The position numbers and the translations under genes were made by a program. The notes below the pieces were generated by a model. The model made no database searches. It saw only the letters and a list, made by a program, of their open reading frames with translations, and was not told where the DNA came from. 64,000 bases of DNA from Deltaproteobacteria bacterium (lineage in GTDB: Bacteria; Desulfobacterota; Desulfomonilia; UBA1062), in assembly GCA_029552245.1 (NCBI GenBank), contig JAKPDW010000047.1:53935-117934 (forward strand), written 5' to 3'. Shown piece by piece: positions 9,258-18,578 of this stretch; the stretch's first letter is position 1; each line of letters starts with the position of its first letter.

Positions 9258-10937
9258 ATGAAGATCATCTACCTGACCGATATCCACGGCGACTTCGAGA
9301 GGATGAAGTCCGTGCTCTCGGAGACGGTCGCCAACGTGTACATCATCGGCGGAGACCTCATAGACATCCCCTTCTACAGCATGGAGACCTCTATCAGGTA
9401 CCATGAGCTCCAGTCCTTCTTCCACGGCCTCCGCATGAAGATGGGCCAGGAGGACAGGCTCCTGGAGGACTTCGTGGACCAGCTCCTGGAGCAGCCCGAC
9501 GTCCCGGAAGACGTCCAGGACAAGGGGACGATGTACCAGCAGTACACCATCAGGGCGCGCAGGGTCATGCAGCAGAAGTACAAGGTCCTCAAGAACCTCG
9601 TGTCCATGAAGAAGGCGTCCACGGTCTTGTTCCTGCCCGGCAACTACGACATGGACCTCAAGTACACGGCCTTGCACGACCACGACCTGCACCTCCACTG
9701 GTACGCGATCGGCGACGTGCGCATCTGCGGGTACGGCGGGGCCGAGGTGAGGACGCCGGGCATTCCCGAGCGCTATATCGTGAGATACCTCGAGGGCTTG
9801 AGCCCCAGGGGCAGAAAGAACGGGAAAAAGAACGAGATGTACTCGTTCTTCCGCGTGGTGAAGCCTCACATCATCGTGGCGCACCAGCCGGCCTACGGCA
9901 TCAACGACAACACCACGGCCGGCGGGGCGTACGGGTCGCCGTCCCTCAGGACCTTCTGCGACGAGAACCCGGTGCTCCTCTGCCTCACGGGCCACGCCCA
10001 CGACTCGTGGGGCGTGAAGTACTCGGGCAAGACCCTCTACCTGAACCCCTCGAACTTCGGCGAGGTGACCGGGCCGACGGGAGAGGTGAACGAGGGTGGG
10101 TTCTTCTACCAGATCGAGATGGACCAGAAGGAAGTCAAGTCCATCGTGTTCAGGAAGTTCCACGACGGCAGGATCTACGACGTCGCAGACTATACCCTCG
10201 AGAACGGGACCCTCGTCGAGAAGATCATCGACAGGGAACGGTACGCGGCGCTCGTAGACCGCAGGAACTACGACATGAAAGGCGTTCGCTACTCGCACAT
10301 TCCCGAGATAAGGCTTTACAAGGAGATCAAGGACTTCTTCAGGATGTACCAGACACCGGAGGCGGAGGAGCGGGTTGACAGGATCGAGGAGGTCGCCCGG
10401 GTGCTCGAGGAAAAGACCGGGCGCGAGGTGGCCATGGATGTCATGGGCTCGGTGAACATGGGGATATCCGAACCCGACAGCGACATCGACCTCGTCCTCT
10501 ACGTGAGGTGTTCGTCGACCTGCGTGGACGACGTGAACGTGTGCGAGACCTCCGCCAGGATGCAGGCCGAGGTGAAAGGGCTCCTCGGGGAATCCATCAA
10601 GGCCCACGTCATGGACTGCATAGACCTCGACCAGGTGGAACGGAGCATCAGGGAGCGGGATTACGAGTGCGAGGTGCTCCAGCGGTTCGTCGCCTACCGC
10701 TCCATCTGCAGGCCCATCAACTACCGCGTCATAGCGCCCATAGAAGACCTGCTCAACTCGGACATCAGCTTCCGCAAGGAGGTCGAGGGCAGCACGCAGA
10801 GCTACATACGCATCTTCGCGAACACCTCCGCTCACGTACGCTCGATCAAGAAGTACGAGGCGAGGCTGAACGACCTGGGCATCCGGGTCCCGGAATCGGT
10901 CAAGCGCGCGATCAAGCAGTACCTGAGGGAAGACTGA
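9258..10937 (+). CDS. Fusion protein: N-terminal calcineurin-like metallophosphoesterase + C-terminal Pol-beta-type nucleotidyltransferase domain
   Basis: MPE motifs in order: LTDIHGD (I), GGDLID (II), LPGNYD (III), and CLTGHAHD (GH-x-H). C-terminal region has a minimal NTase signature, GSVNMGISEPDSDIDLVLYV (hG[GS]-x9-13-DhDh), with downstream acidic residues. 559-aa uninterrupted ORF. The fully antisense ORF on the minus strand is a GC-rich shadow. Confidence 0.8.
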   Translation: MKIIYLTDIHGDFERMKSVLSETVANVYIIGGDLIDIPFYSMETSIRYHELQSFFHGLRMKMGQEDRLLEDFVDQLLEQPDVPEDVQDKGTMYQQYTIRARRVMQQKYKVLKNLVSMKKASTVLFLPGNYDMDLKYTALHDHDLHLHWYAIGDVRICGYGGAEVRTPGIPERYIVRYLEGLSPRGRKNGKKNEMYSFFRVVKPHIIVAHQPAYGINDNTTAGGAYGSPSLRTFCDENPVLLCLTGHAHDSWGVKYSGKTLYLNPSNFGEVTGPTGEVNEGGFFYQIEMDQKEVKSIVFRKFHDGRIYDVADYTLENGTLVEKIIDRERYAALVDRRNYDMKGVRYSHIPEIRLYKEIKDFFRMYQTPEAEERVDRIEEVARVLEEKTGREVAMDVMGSVNMGISEPDSDIDLVLYVRCSSTCVDDVNVCETSARMQAEVKGLLGESIKAHVMDCIDLDQVERSIRERDYECEVLQRFVAYRSICRPINYRVIAPIEDLLNSDISFRKEVEGSTQSYIRIFANTSAHVRSIKKYEARLNDLGIRVPESVKRAIKQYLRED

Positions 10938-11251
10938 CAGGGTCCGTCCCCTGGGTGTCGCACGTTCCTCCCGACATGCCGTGAGGCGGCATGACAGGCG
11001 TATTTACATTTCCGGCGAGTGGGAGTAGAGGGGGTGGAAACGGTGTATGAATGGTGCATCCAGGCGTATAAGGGGCGGTTTTTCCCATGGAATGAGGAGG
11101 GTCGGCCGGGACCGTGTACCGGCCCTTCACGCCGAGGCATTGGGGGCTTCGGGTTTCGAGGCGGTCCGCGTGTGCCGGCGCACCTGCGGGCACACTGCAC
11201 ACGGAGGGAAAGACACGGCGCGAGACCATTCCGGGCGTCCCGGCCCGCAGG

Positions 11252-12031
11252 ATGTCACGCGGTGAGCAGATGAAAAACATTCTCTACAACCTCTTCATCA
11301 GGGAAGTGAGCCTCCTGTGCTACCGCACCTGCCTTGACTACGTACCGGGCGGGTCGCGCATCCTCGACGTCGGCATCGGCAACGGCGCCATGATACAGGA
11401 GTTCCACGAGACCATCCGTTCGAAGGGCATATCCATAACGGGCATCGACGTCGACCGCTGCTACCTGGACCACTGCGAGCGCCAGATCAGGAAGAACTCC
11501 CTCGAAGAGTATGTGAACGTGTTCCACGTGCCAGTCGAGCGCTTCGAGCCTGAAGAGCCCCATTCCTTCGACTTCGTCCTCTTCAGCATGAGCTTCATGC
11601 TGCTCGACGATCCCGCGCTCGTCCTGAGGCGCATACGGCGATGGGTCAGGCCCTCGGGCGGCGTCATGTTCTTCCAGACCATGTTCGCCAGGCGCTCCCT
11701 GCTCCTCGACATCGTGAAGCCGAGGCTCAGGTACCTCACCACCGTGGAATTCGGGAGGGTCGTCTACGACGACGAGTTCTTCGGGCTCCTCAGGAGGGAG
11801 GGGGTGTCCGTCGTCGAGGACGTGACCGTGGCCAAGGCATGGTTCGGCGGGAGGTACCGCTTCGTGGTGTGCAGGCCCGAGACGGCTGCAGACGTGTTCA
11901 CCCTCCCGAAGGCCGAGATAGTCGGGCCCGGGGACGCACTCGACGCCCCGTACAGGACTTCCCGCGCCTCACGCACGCTCAGGCGGAACGCCTTCCGGTC
12001 GCGGTCGAGCGGCAAGGATGTGGAGAGATGA
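11252..12031 (+). CDS. Class I SAM-dependent methyltransferase
   Basis: Motif I ILDVGIGNG and post-I acidic residue (GIDVD). Start ambiguous between 11252 and 11270; track ORF begins 11114. Confidence 0.75.
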   Translation: MSRGEQMKNILYNLFIREVSLLCYRTCLDYVPGGSRILDVGIGNGAMIQEFHETIRSKGISITGIDVDRCYLDHCERQIRKNSLEEYVNVFHVPVERFEPEEPHSFDFVLFSMSFMLLDDPALVLRRIRRWVRPSGGVMFFQTMFARRSLLLDIVKPRLRYLTTVEFGRVVYDDEFFGLLRREGVSVVEDVTVAKAWFGGRYRFVVCRPETAADVFTLPKAEIVGPGDALDAPYRTSRASRTLRRNAFRSRSSGKDVER

Positions 12032-12519
12032 CGAACCCGGGGCGTCTGGTGCACACCCATGTGGTTGCGCCGCTCAAGGCGCTCCTGAACCAGGGGATCA
12101 CCCCCGGGAGACTCGCCGCGAGCATGGCATGCGGCATCACCGTCGGCGTTTCGCCCCTGGTGGGCACCACCACCGCCTTCTGCACCATGCTGGCGCTGGC
12201 CCTCCGCATGAACCTGCTCGCCATACAGCTCGGCAACTGGCTCGCCCTGCCGGTGCAGCTCGCCCTCATAGCCCCCTTCCTCATGATGGGCAATCGTCTC
12301 TTCGGCGACGGGCGCCATCACGACTGGGCATCCCTGGCGCTCTTGGTGAGGGAGGATGCGATGCTCGCCGTCCAGGCCGCGAGCAGGATGGTGATTCACG
12401 GCGCCCTTGCCTGGGCGCTGTGCGCGCCGGCCGTGTTCGCGGCCTTGTTCGCCCTCCTCCTTCCCGCATTCAGGATGCTGGGAGGCCTGAACCAACGATC
12501 CACGGGAAAGAAGGGATGA
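12028..12519 (+). CDS. DUF2062-family small membrane protein
   Basis: Internal ATG of track ORF 11641..12519; overlaps the methyltransferase stop by 4 nt (translational coupling). Hydrophobic segments and conserved GITVGVSP / LGNWLALP pattern typical of DUF2062. Confidence 0.55.
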   Translation: MTNPGRLVHTHVVAPLKALLNQGITPGRLAASMACGITVGVSPLVGTTTAFCTMLALALRMNLLAIQLGNWLALPVQLALIAPFLMMGNRLFGDGRHHDWASLALLVREDAMLAVQAASRMVIHGALAWALCAPAVFAALFALLLPAFRMLGGLNQRSTGKKG

Positions 12520-12550
12520 GGTCTCGAGCGCACCCCCGGGTGGAGACCCC

Positions 12551-13174
12551 ATGAAGAAAGGCCAAGACCTCTCGCGGGGACGCGAGGAAGCCATGGACAA
12601 AGGAAGAGAACCTTGCCGCAGATCGAGGATCCTGCTCCACGTCTGCTGCGCACCGTGCGCGACGTGGCCCGTCGAGAGGCTCTCCCGAGAGGGTTACGAG
12701 GCCGTGCTCTTCTTCAGCAACTCGAACGTCCACCCCGAGGAGGAGTACACGAGGCGGCTCGACGAGGCGAGAAGGCTTGCAGGGATCCTGGGCCTCGAGC
12801 TCGTCGAGGACGTCTACGACCACGAGGCGTGGTTAGATGCGGTCAGGGGCCTGGAGGCCGAGCCGGAGCGGGGGAAGCGATGCATGAAGTGCTTCGCATA
12901 CAACCTCGGTCGCGCCGCGCTGGCCATGGGACGCCTGGGGCTTTCCCGCTTCACCACCACGCTCACCGTGAGCAGGCACAAGTCGTCCAGGGACGTCTTC
13001 GCCGCCGCTCGGACCATGCCCGGATTCTTGGCCGTGGACTTCAAGAAACAGGACGGGTACCACCAAAGCGTCGTGCTCAGCAGAGGGCTCAAGCTCTACC
13101 GCCAGGGATACTGCGGGTGCGAGTTCTCCCGGCAGGCGGCGCTGCGGGACAGCCCTGCATCGGGCAAGACCTGA
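12551..13174 (+). CDS. queH: Epoxyqueuosine reductase QueH (DUF208)
   Basis: Hallmark ILLHVCCAPCA Fe-S motif, C-terminal YCGCEFS motif, and length about 200 aa. True start may be the internal M at 12593. Confidence 0.8.
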   Translation: MKKGQDLSRGREEAMDKGREPCRRSRILLHVCCAPCATWPVERLSREGYEAVLFFSNSNVHPEEEYTRRLDEARRLAGILGLELVEDVYDHEAWLDAVRGLEAEPERGKRCMKCFAYNLGRAALAMGRLGLSRFTTTLTVSRHKSSRDVFAAARTMPGFLAVDFKKQDGYHQSVVLSRGLKLYRQGYCGCEFSRQAALRDSPASGKT

Positions 13175-13312
13175 CCCTCCTCATGCCGGTCCAAGAGCGC
13201 GTTCTGGTCCCTCGAGGGGTGGAGCCTTCGGGATGCCGCCCCAAGAGGCGTGGACGCCCGCCTGCCCCCCTCAGGCGCAGAGGTGGAAGGTTGCCTCTCC
13301 AGGAACGAGCCT

Positions 13313-14428
13313 TCACGTGTTCCGGCCCCCGGAGTACGCCCGCGCGCTTTTGACCACGTGCACGGCCGTTGCCTTGAACAGGGCGGTCACCTCCCTGCCC
13401 TCCTCTATGCAGAGCTCCTCGAGGGCGTTTTTCGTCACGGAGGCGACGAGCGGGAAGCCGCAATCGATGAAGACACCCTGCACGTCCCCCCTGTTCCGCA
13501 CCCTGACGACGCGGCCGTGCAGGACATTCCTCGCGCTCGATTCCTCGTGAGTGCCTGGGGTGGAGAGGGTGACGCTCTCCGGCCGCACGAGGCACACCAC
13601 TTCCTCGCCCCTCGGGAAGGCGCCCAGGGCGCGGATCCTCGCTCGGCCAGCCTGCACCTCGAGCACGCCACCGGCAACCCCCGTCACGACCCCCCTCACC
13701 ATGTTCTCGATGCCCACGAAGGCGGCGACGGCCTCGCTGACAGGCCTGTACATCACCTCCGAGGGGGTACCCACCTGTACCACGGACCCGCCGTCCATGA
13801 CCGCGATCCTGTCGGAGAGCGTCAATGCGTCCACCCGGTCGTGCGTGGCCATGACGACGCACGTTCGGCGCAGTCGGATGACCCGGGAGAGGTCCTCGAC
13901 GATCGATTCCTTGGTGGGGGGATCGAGCGACGAGAACGGTTCGTCCATGAAGACGATCTCCGGCTGGGTGGCGAATGCCCGTGCCAGGCTGGTTCTCTGG
14001 GCCTCGCCCCCCGACAGCTTCCTCGCCGAGCGGTCAGAGAGGTGGGCGATCCCGAAGAGTTCCAGGTTTTCCCTCACCCTGTCTCTCGTCTCGTGTCTGC
14101 CCATGCCCCTGATCGCCAGACCCGACGCCACGTTCGCGTACACCGTGGAGTCGAAGAGCAGGGGTTCCTGGAAGACCATGGCTATCCTGCGGCGGTACTC
14201 GAGCATGCCGCGCCCGCCCGCGATCTTCACGCCGCCGAACCTGAGTTCCCCCGAGCCCAGCTCGAGGAGGCCGGCTAGGCTCAAGAGCAGCGTCGACTTG
14301 CCGGAGCCGTTCGGACCGATGACGGACAGGAATTCGCCCGGGTTCAGGGTGAACTCCCGGACGTCGAGGACAGGGGTCCCCCCCCTGCTCACCTTGAGGT
14401 CTCTCGCCTCGAGGATGGGACCGCTCAC
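13313..14428 (-). CDS. tupC: Tungstate/molybdate ABC transporter ATP-binding protein with tandem C-terminal TOBE domains
   Basis: Walker A GPNGSGKST; signature LSGGEAQR; Walker B IVFMDEP; C-terminal TOBE-like repeats. GTG start overlaps tupB stop (GTGA). Track ORF's 145-aa N-terminal extension is spurious. Confidence 0.85.
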   Translation of the reverse strand: MSGPILEARDLKVSRGGTPVLDVREFTLNPGEFLSVIGPNGSGKSTLLLSLAGLLELGSGELRFGGVKIAGGRGMLEYRRRIAMVFQEPLLFDSTVYANVASGLAIRGMGRHETRDRVRENLELFGIAHLSDRSARKLSGGEAQRTSLARAFATQPEIVFMDEPFSSLDPPTKESIVEDLSRVIRLRRTCVVMATHDRVDALTLSDRIAVMDGGSVVQVGTPSEVMYRPVSEAVAAFVGIENMVRGVVTGVAGGVLEVQAGRARIRALGAFPRGEEVVCLVRPESVTLSTPGTHEESSARNVLHGRVVRVRNRGDVQGVFIDCGFPLVASVTKNALEELCIEEGREVTALFKATAVHVVKSARAYSGGRNT

Positions 14429-15123
14429 CTCGGCCTCTCCTTCTGCTGGATGGAGGTGAGCGCGGCGTTGATGCAGAAGGTGAAGAGCAGGAGGATCACG
14501 CCGAGCGCGATGGCCGTGTCGAAGTTGCCCCTTGACGTCTCCATGACCGTGGCCGTGGTGAGCACGCGCGTGTAGCCCTTGATGTTGCCGCCCACCATGA
14601 TGGAGGCCCCCACCTCGGAGATGACCCCCCCGAACCCGGCCATGACCGCGGCCAAGAGCGGCAGCCTGGCCTCCTTGATGAGCATCCAGACCATCTGGGC
14701 CCTGGTCGCCCCCAGCGCCAGGATCTGGAGCCTCAAGGCCTCGGGGAGCTTCTGGATGGAGGCGAGCGAGATGCCGGCCACGATCGGCGTGGCGATGACG
14801 GCCTGGGCGATGACGATGGCCGTGGGCGTGTAGAGGAGCTCGAGGACCCCAAGGGGGCCGTTGCGCCACAGGAAGATGGTCACGAACAGGCCCACCACCA
14901 CGGGCGGCACGCCCATGCCCGTGTTGATGAGGCTCACCACGAGCCCGCGCCCGGGAAAACGGCTGAGCGCCACCACGGTCCCGAGCGAGATGCCGATGAT
15001 CAGGCTGATGAAGGTGGCGGTCCCGGACACCTTGAGCGACAGCCAGGTGATCCCGTACACCTCCGGGTCGAACGTGACCAGGAGGAGAATCGCTTTCCTG
15101 ACGCCTTCTACGATCAGTTCCAC
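14425..15123 (-). CDS. tupB: Tungstate/molybdate ABC transporter permease
   Basis: 232 aa; 5-6 TM segments; BPD_transp_1 EAA-like loop (ALGATRAQMVWMLIKEARLPLL). Confidence 0.85.
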   Translation of the reverse strand: MELIVEGVRKAILLLVTFDPEVYGITWLSLKVSGTATFISLIIGISLGTVVALSRFPGRGLVVSLINTGMGVPPVVVGLFVTIFLWRNGPLGVLELLYTPTAIVIAQAVIATPIVAGISLASIQKLPEALRLQILALGATRAQMVWMLIKEARLPLLAAVMAGFGGVISEVGASIMVGGNIKGYTRVLTTATVMETSRGNFDTAIALGVILLLFTFCINAALTSIQQKERPR

Positions 15124-15181
15124 GGTCCTGTCCTCATGGCGGCGGGGAGGGTGGGGTCATCCCCGCCCTCCCCTGTTTTGC

Positions 15182-16069
15182 TTACTCGTATTCGGGCTTG
15201 CCGGCATCCGGGAAGAAGAGGGGGCTGCCATAGGTGTCCATGCCGAAGTCGGCGATGATCGCCTGCGCCTCCTTGCCCACCATGAAGTCGGTGAAGGCCT
15301 TCGCTGCGGCTGCGTTCACCCTGGGGAACCTGGCGGGGTTCACCTCGATCACGTGGTAGACGTTGAGGAGCCCCTTGTCTTTCTCCACCAAGATATCCAG
15401 GCCCAGCTTCTCCTTGAGAGCCAGGTAGGTGCCGCGGTCCGTGAGGGTGTAGGCCTTCTTCTCGGCGGCAACCCAGAGCGTCTGTCCCATGCCGAGCCCG
15501 GTCTGCTGGTAGTACCTCCGGCCCTCGGGGTCGATGCCTGCCGCCTTCCAGAGGTCCGTCTCCTTGGCGTGGGTGCCCGAGCTGTCACCCCGGGAGACGA
15601 ACACCATGCCCCTGGACGCGATCCGCTTGAGGGCCTCGGCGGCGGACTTCATGCCCTTGATGCCCGCAGGGTCGGCGCTCGGGCCCACGATGACGAAGTC
15701 GTTGTGCATGACGAGCTTCCGGCTCACGCCGTAGCCCTCGGCCATGAACTTCTTCTCCGCGGCCGAGGAGTGCACGAGCAGGACGTCCGCCTCGCCCTTG
15801 GAGCCCATGGCCATGGCCTGGCCCGAGCCCACGGCGATGGTCTTCACGAAGTACCCGGTCTTCTTCTCGAAGATGGGGATGAGCACGTCCAGGAGGCCCG
15901 AGTCCTGCGTGCTCGTGGTGGTGGCCAGGACGAGGTTCTTCCGGGCCGCCTCCGCGGGGGCGGCCATCGCCGTCGCAGCAAGGATCATGACCAAGATCCA
16001 TGCAGGCGACGGGAAGCCTCCCCTCGGGATATGCACTCGTCTCTCGACCCCTTGCCTGCGGCCCATCAT
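15182..16069 (-). CDS. tupA: Tungstate-binding periplasmic protein TupA-type
   Basis: Signal peptide then the TupA-diagnostic TTTSTQDSGLLD motif. Start uncertain (16069 or an alternative start slightly downstream); track ORF's N-terminal extension trimmed. Confidence 0.8.
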   Translation of the reverse strand: MMGRRQGVERRVHIPRGGFPSPAWILVMILAATAMAAPAEAARKNLVLATTTSTQDSGLLDVLIPIFEKKTGYFVKTIAVGSGQAMAMGSKGEADVLLVHSSAAEKKFMAEGYGVSRKLVMHNDFVIVGPSADPAGIKGMKSAAEALKRIASRGMVFVSRGDSSGTHAKETDLWKAAGIDPEGRRYYQQTGLGMGQTLWVAAEKKAYTLTDRGTYLALKEKLGLDILVEKDKGLLNVYHVIEVNPARFPRVNAAAAKAFTDFMVGKEAQAIIADFGMDTYGSPLFFPDAGKPEYE

Positions 16070-16161
16070 GCGCTCGTTGCCTCCCCTGTCTTCTTCCGAT
16101 CCCGTCTCGTCTTCCAACCCTGTTGCATGGAACCCCTGCATGCACGAAAACACCCCGGCGC

Positions 16162-17130
16162 TCAGTGGGGGCTCAAGGTGTCGTGCCGTGGCGGTCTCGA
16201 CCCGTCCTGCCGTGGATACATGACCCTGCCGGTGTCCCGTTCGCTGTATCCCCTCAGGGTACGGACCAGGTTCTTGAACGGTTCGCTCCTGATGAACTCC
16301 ACGAAGGCCTGGACATGGCGGTCGAAGAAGTCATCCCTCTTCACGACGAGGTCGAAGCGCTCCTCGAAGATCCGGGTGAAGGGTAGCCTCGACTGGGCGG
16401 CCACGAACTCGGAGGCCACCGCGAAGTCCGCAGAGCCGTCCACGACGCGGCGTACCGCGTCGAAGTGAGTACACACCTCGGTGTCATAACCTGTGAGCCG
16501 CGCCGGGTCCACGGCCTCCTCTTCGAGGAGATGGTCCACCAGGGCCCTGATGCCCGAACCCCTCTGGCGGTTCACGAACCGCAGGTCCATCCCCAATGCG
16601 TCCTTGAACGAGGAAACGGCGACACCCCTCGATGCGAAACCGATGTTCCGGTGGAACAGGTTGATCACCACCACCTCCTGCGGGTCATGGAAATACTCGC
16701 CGAGGAAGGGGAAGGTGAAATCCCCTGCCTCGTGGTCGAAGAGATGGCACGTGGCCGCCGTGCAGAACCCGTCACCGAGCATCCTGAGCCCCTCCAGGCT
16801 CCCCACGCTCGTCGAGAACAGGAGAAGATCCGGCTCCACGCCGTGGAAGAGCCCCTGGGCCATGGCGATGACCGGGTCGTCCGAGCCGCACACGAGGATC
16901 ACCTTCTTCTGAGCGAGCGACTCCCAGAAGGACTTCCTCAACGATCCCAATGCCATGCGCCTGATGTATTCCTCGAGCTCGCCCCGCGGAAAGAGCCACT
17001 TCCCGGTCGCCTTGGTGCCCGGCAGTCTCCCCTGCTTCACGAGGGCGTAGACCTTCTTCTCGTTGATCTTGAGGAGCCTGGATGCCTCTTTGACAGTCAA
17101 TAACTCTTTATTTTCCATTTTCATTTTCAA
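16162..17130 (-). CDS. Transcriptional regulator: excisionase/MerR-type HTH (HTH_17) + periplasmic-binding-protein-like (PBP_like, molybdate/tungstate-binding-like) domain
   Basis: N-terminal LLTVKEASRLLKINEKKVYALVKQGRLPG HTH; remainder resembles the ModA-like PBP fold. Immediately upstream of, and co-directional with, tupABC. Track start is a TTG; an ATG (MKMENK) lies 6 nt downstream. Confidence 0.75.
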   Translation of the reverse strand: MKMKMENKELLTVKEASRLLKINEKKVYALVKQGRLPGTKATGKWLFPRGELEEYIRRMALGSLRKSFWESLAQKKVILVCGSDDPVIAMAQGLFHGVEPDLLLFSTSVGSLEGLRMLGDGFCTAATCHLFDHEAGDFTFPFLGEYFHDPQEVVVINLFHRNIGFASRGVAVSSFKDALGMDLRFVNRQRGSGIRALVDHLLEEEAVDPARLTGYDTEVCTHFDAVRRVVDGSADFAVASEFVAAQSRLPFTRIFEERFDLVVKRDDFFDRHVQAFVEFIRSEPFKNLVRTLRGYSERDTGRVMYPRQDGSRPPRHDTLSPH

Positions 17131-17140
17131 TGATGAAAAT
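17123..17140. promoter_or_regulatory. 7-bp inverted repeat ATTTTCA-ATGA-TGAAAAT overlapping the regulator start codon, in an AT-rich patch
   Basis: Read directly; only clearly AT-rich spot in the region. Possible autoregulatory operator. Confidence 0.3.
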
Positions 17141-17368
17141 ACTAACCAATAATGACTTATATGATGACCAGCCCCTTGTCAAGTCATGCCTGCCTGGCGT
17201 CCTGCACCTGCTGGATAGGCTCGTTCTCATGACCGTTGCGACAGGATCTTCAGCCCCAGCCTGCCAGGCCATGCCCGAGGTACGGTGTGCGGTCTGAGAC
17301 CGGGAATGTCTCCCGGTCCTAAGGGGTGGTCTCGAGAAAGGGCATGCGGCCTCCCGGTACCACCTCAA

Positions 17369-17647
17369 GGCCGAGGCGATGTCGGCCTTTGACAATTGCA
17401 TACAGGTAGATGCCTTTCCAAGAGACCTCCCGATGCTGCCACACGGCCGATGCGATGTCGGCCCTCGCGATGGGCCGTGCCGCGCTTATCGAGAGTGGTT
17501 CAGCCGGTCAGGCCAGGCGGCACCCGCTCCGAGAGGACTTCAGGGATGATCAATGTGCGAACAGCCCTTTCTCGAGGTGAGGCCATGGGGAAACCGGCTG
17601 AGAAGTATGCGTCACGGATGATCGATGTGCGAACAGCCCTTTTCACC
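17369..17647. repeat. Two pairs of intergenic direct repeats
   Basis: Pair 1 is GGCCGA[G/T]GCGATGTCGGCC at 17369-17387 and 17445-17463; each copy is a hairpin-capable palindrome (GGCCGA..TCGGCC). Pair 2 is GGATGATC[A/G]ATGTGCGAACAGCCCTTT at 17544-17573 and 17617-17647. REP-like. Confidence 0.4.
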
Positions 17648-17894
17648 CGAAGCGAGGAGGGTCTTCAAGGCCGTTCATGACGGCGCGAGCTCCGACCGGT
17701 CGACGATCATCTGCGGGGGCATGGCGAGAGAAAGAGCGGTCGCGACGGGGTCGTGCCTGTCGTTCGGCCCCGGACGCGGTCATAGATCCGGGTGATCGTG
17801 ACGCACGATATACTGCTCGGTACTGCCGGACGATATCTCTTGGGGTCGATCCAGGCGGCGGTTGCACGGCCGGCTGCCGGATAGACCCTCCCCT

Positions 17895-18341
17895 TCATGC
17901 CTCGGCGTCGGGGCTTTCCGGCGCGGCACCTTCTGGGGCCTTTGCCTCCTCCTCGGCTTTGGGGGCTTTCGGTTCCTTCGGGGCCTTGGCCTTCTTCTGC
18001 TCCTTGGGCGCCTTTGCCTGTTGCTCGGGCTTGGCCTTCTTTCCCTTCTTGGGCTCCTCAGGTTCGGCCGTCTTCTTCTTTTCCTTCTTCGACTCGAGCG
18101 CGGCGAGCCTCTTCTCTTCCCTGATCCTCGCCATTTCCTTTATCTTCTCTTCCTTGGCGGCAATGGCCCGCAGCCTGGAGGCCGTCTCCCTGATCCTGGC
18201 CTTGATCTTGCGCACGACAGGGTCCTTCTGCTGGGTCGTCTCGTCAGCCCCTGCCTCCTTGAGGGACTCGATCCGCGCCTCGAGGGTTTTCTCCCAGTAT
18301 GCCTTCTGGGCAAGACGTGCTTCCATGAGCTTGGATGCCAT
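17895..18341 (-). CDS. Lys/Ala/Pro/Glu-rich low-complexity protein (histone-H1-like / phasin-like tail)
   Basis: N-terminal predicted coiled coil ([31 protein letters not shown]) followed by KAPKE/AKAPK repeats. Start trimmed from track ORF 17895..18410. Confidence 0.45.
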   Translation of the reverse strand: MASKLMEARLAQKAYWEKTLEARIESLKEAGADETTQQKDPVVRKIKARIRETASRLRAIAAKEEKIKEMARIREEKRLAALESKKEKKKTAEPEEPKKGKKAKPEQQAKAPKEQKKAKAPKEPKAPKAEEEAKAPEGAAPESPDAEA

Positions 18342-18578
18342 AGGAGCTCCTTTCACCTGGATACGTGTTGTGTACCGGCCTTCAAAGCACACAATGGCAT
18401 GCCTTGGCAAGGTTTTCGTGTGGCTCCTGATGGCGGGCCGCGCCCCGCCCGCCGTGGTCTCGGCCCTGCCCGTCGGCCTTGTTTTCGATGGCAGCGGGCT
18501 TATTATCTTTCCTCACCTGGATGCGCCCCAGGCAGGCTCTTTGCCTCCGGGCGCAACCATCGGCGAGGAGGTGTTGTC

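Noticed and set aside
9246-10835. 529-aa ORF on the minus strand fully antisense to the MPE-NTase gene
   Set aside because: The plus-strand product has ordered phosphoesterase and NTase motifs. The antisense product is Arg/Pro/Val/His-rich with no motifs, a typical shadow ORF in high-GC DNA. Many other long ORFs in the track are the same kind of artefact (e.g. 1249..2229, 2486..3427, 3244..4245, 8071..9126, 14861..16468, 20527..22191, 23163..24410, 34262..35854, 35975..37561, 48325..50169).
13313-14869. Long N-terminal extensions on track ORFs
   Set aside because: Examples are tupC 13313..14869, etfA 19535..21013, acyl-CoA dehydrogenase 21388..22617, the leuD-containing 46840..48219, and RNase H 40814..41776. 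The extensions lack homology, overlap upstream genes, and internal starts with RBS-like sequence give proteins of canonical length.
16162-17130. Naming the tup-associated regulator TunR
   Set aside because: As I recall it, the described TunR family has an XerC/XerD-like DNA-binding domain and ModE-like TOBE sensor domains. This protein has an excisionase-type HTH and a PBP-like domain, so only a generic call is justified.
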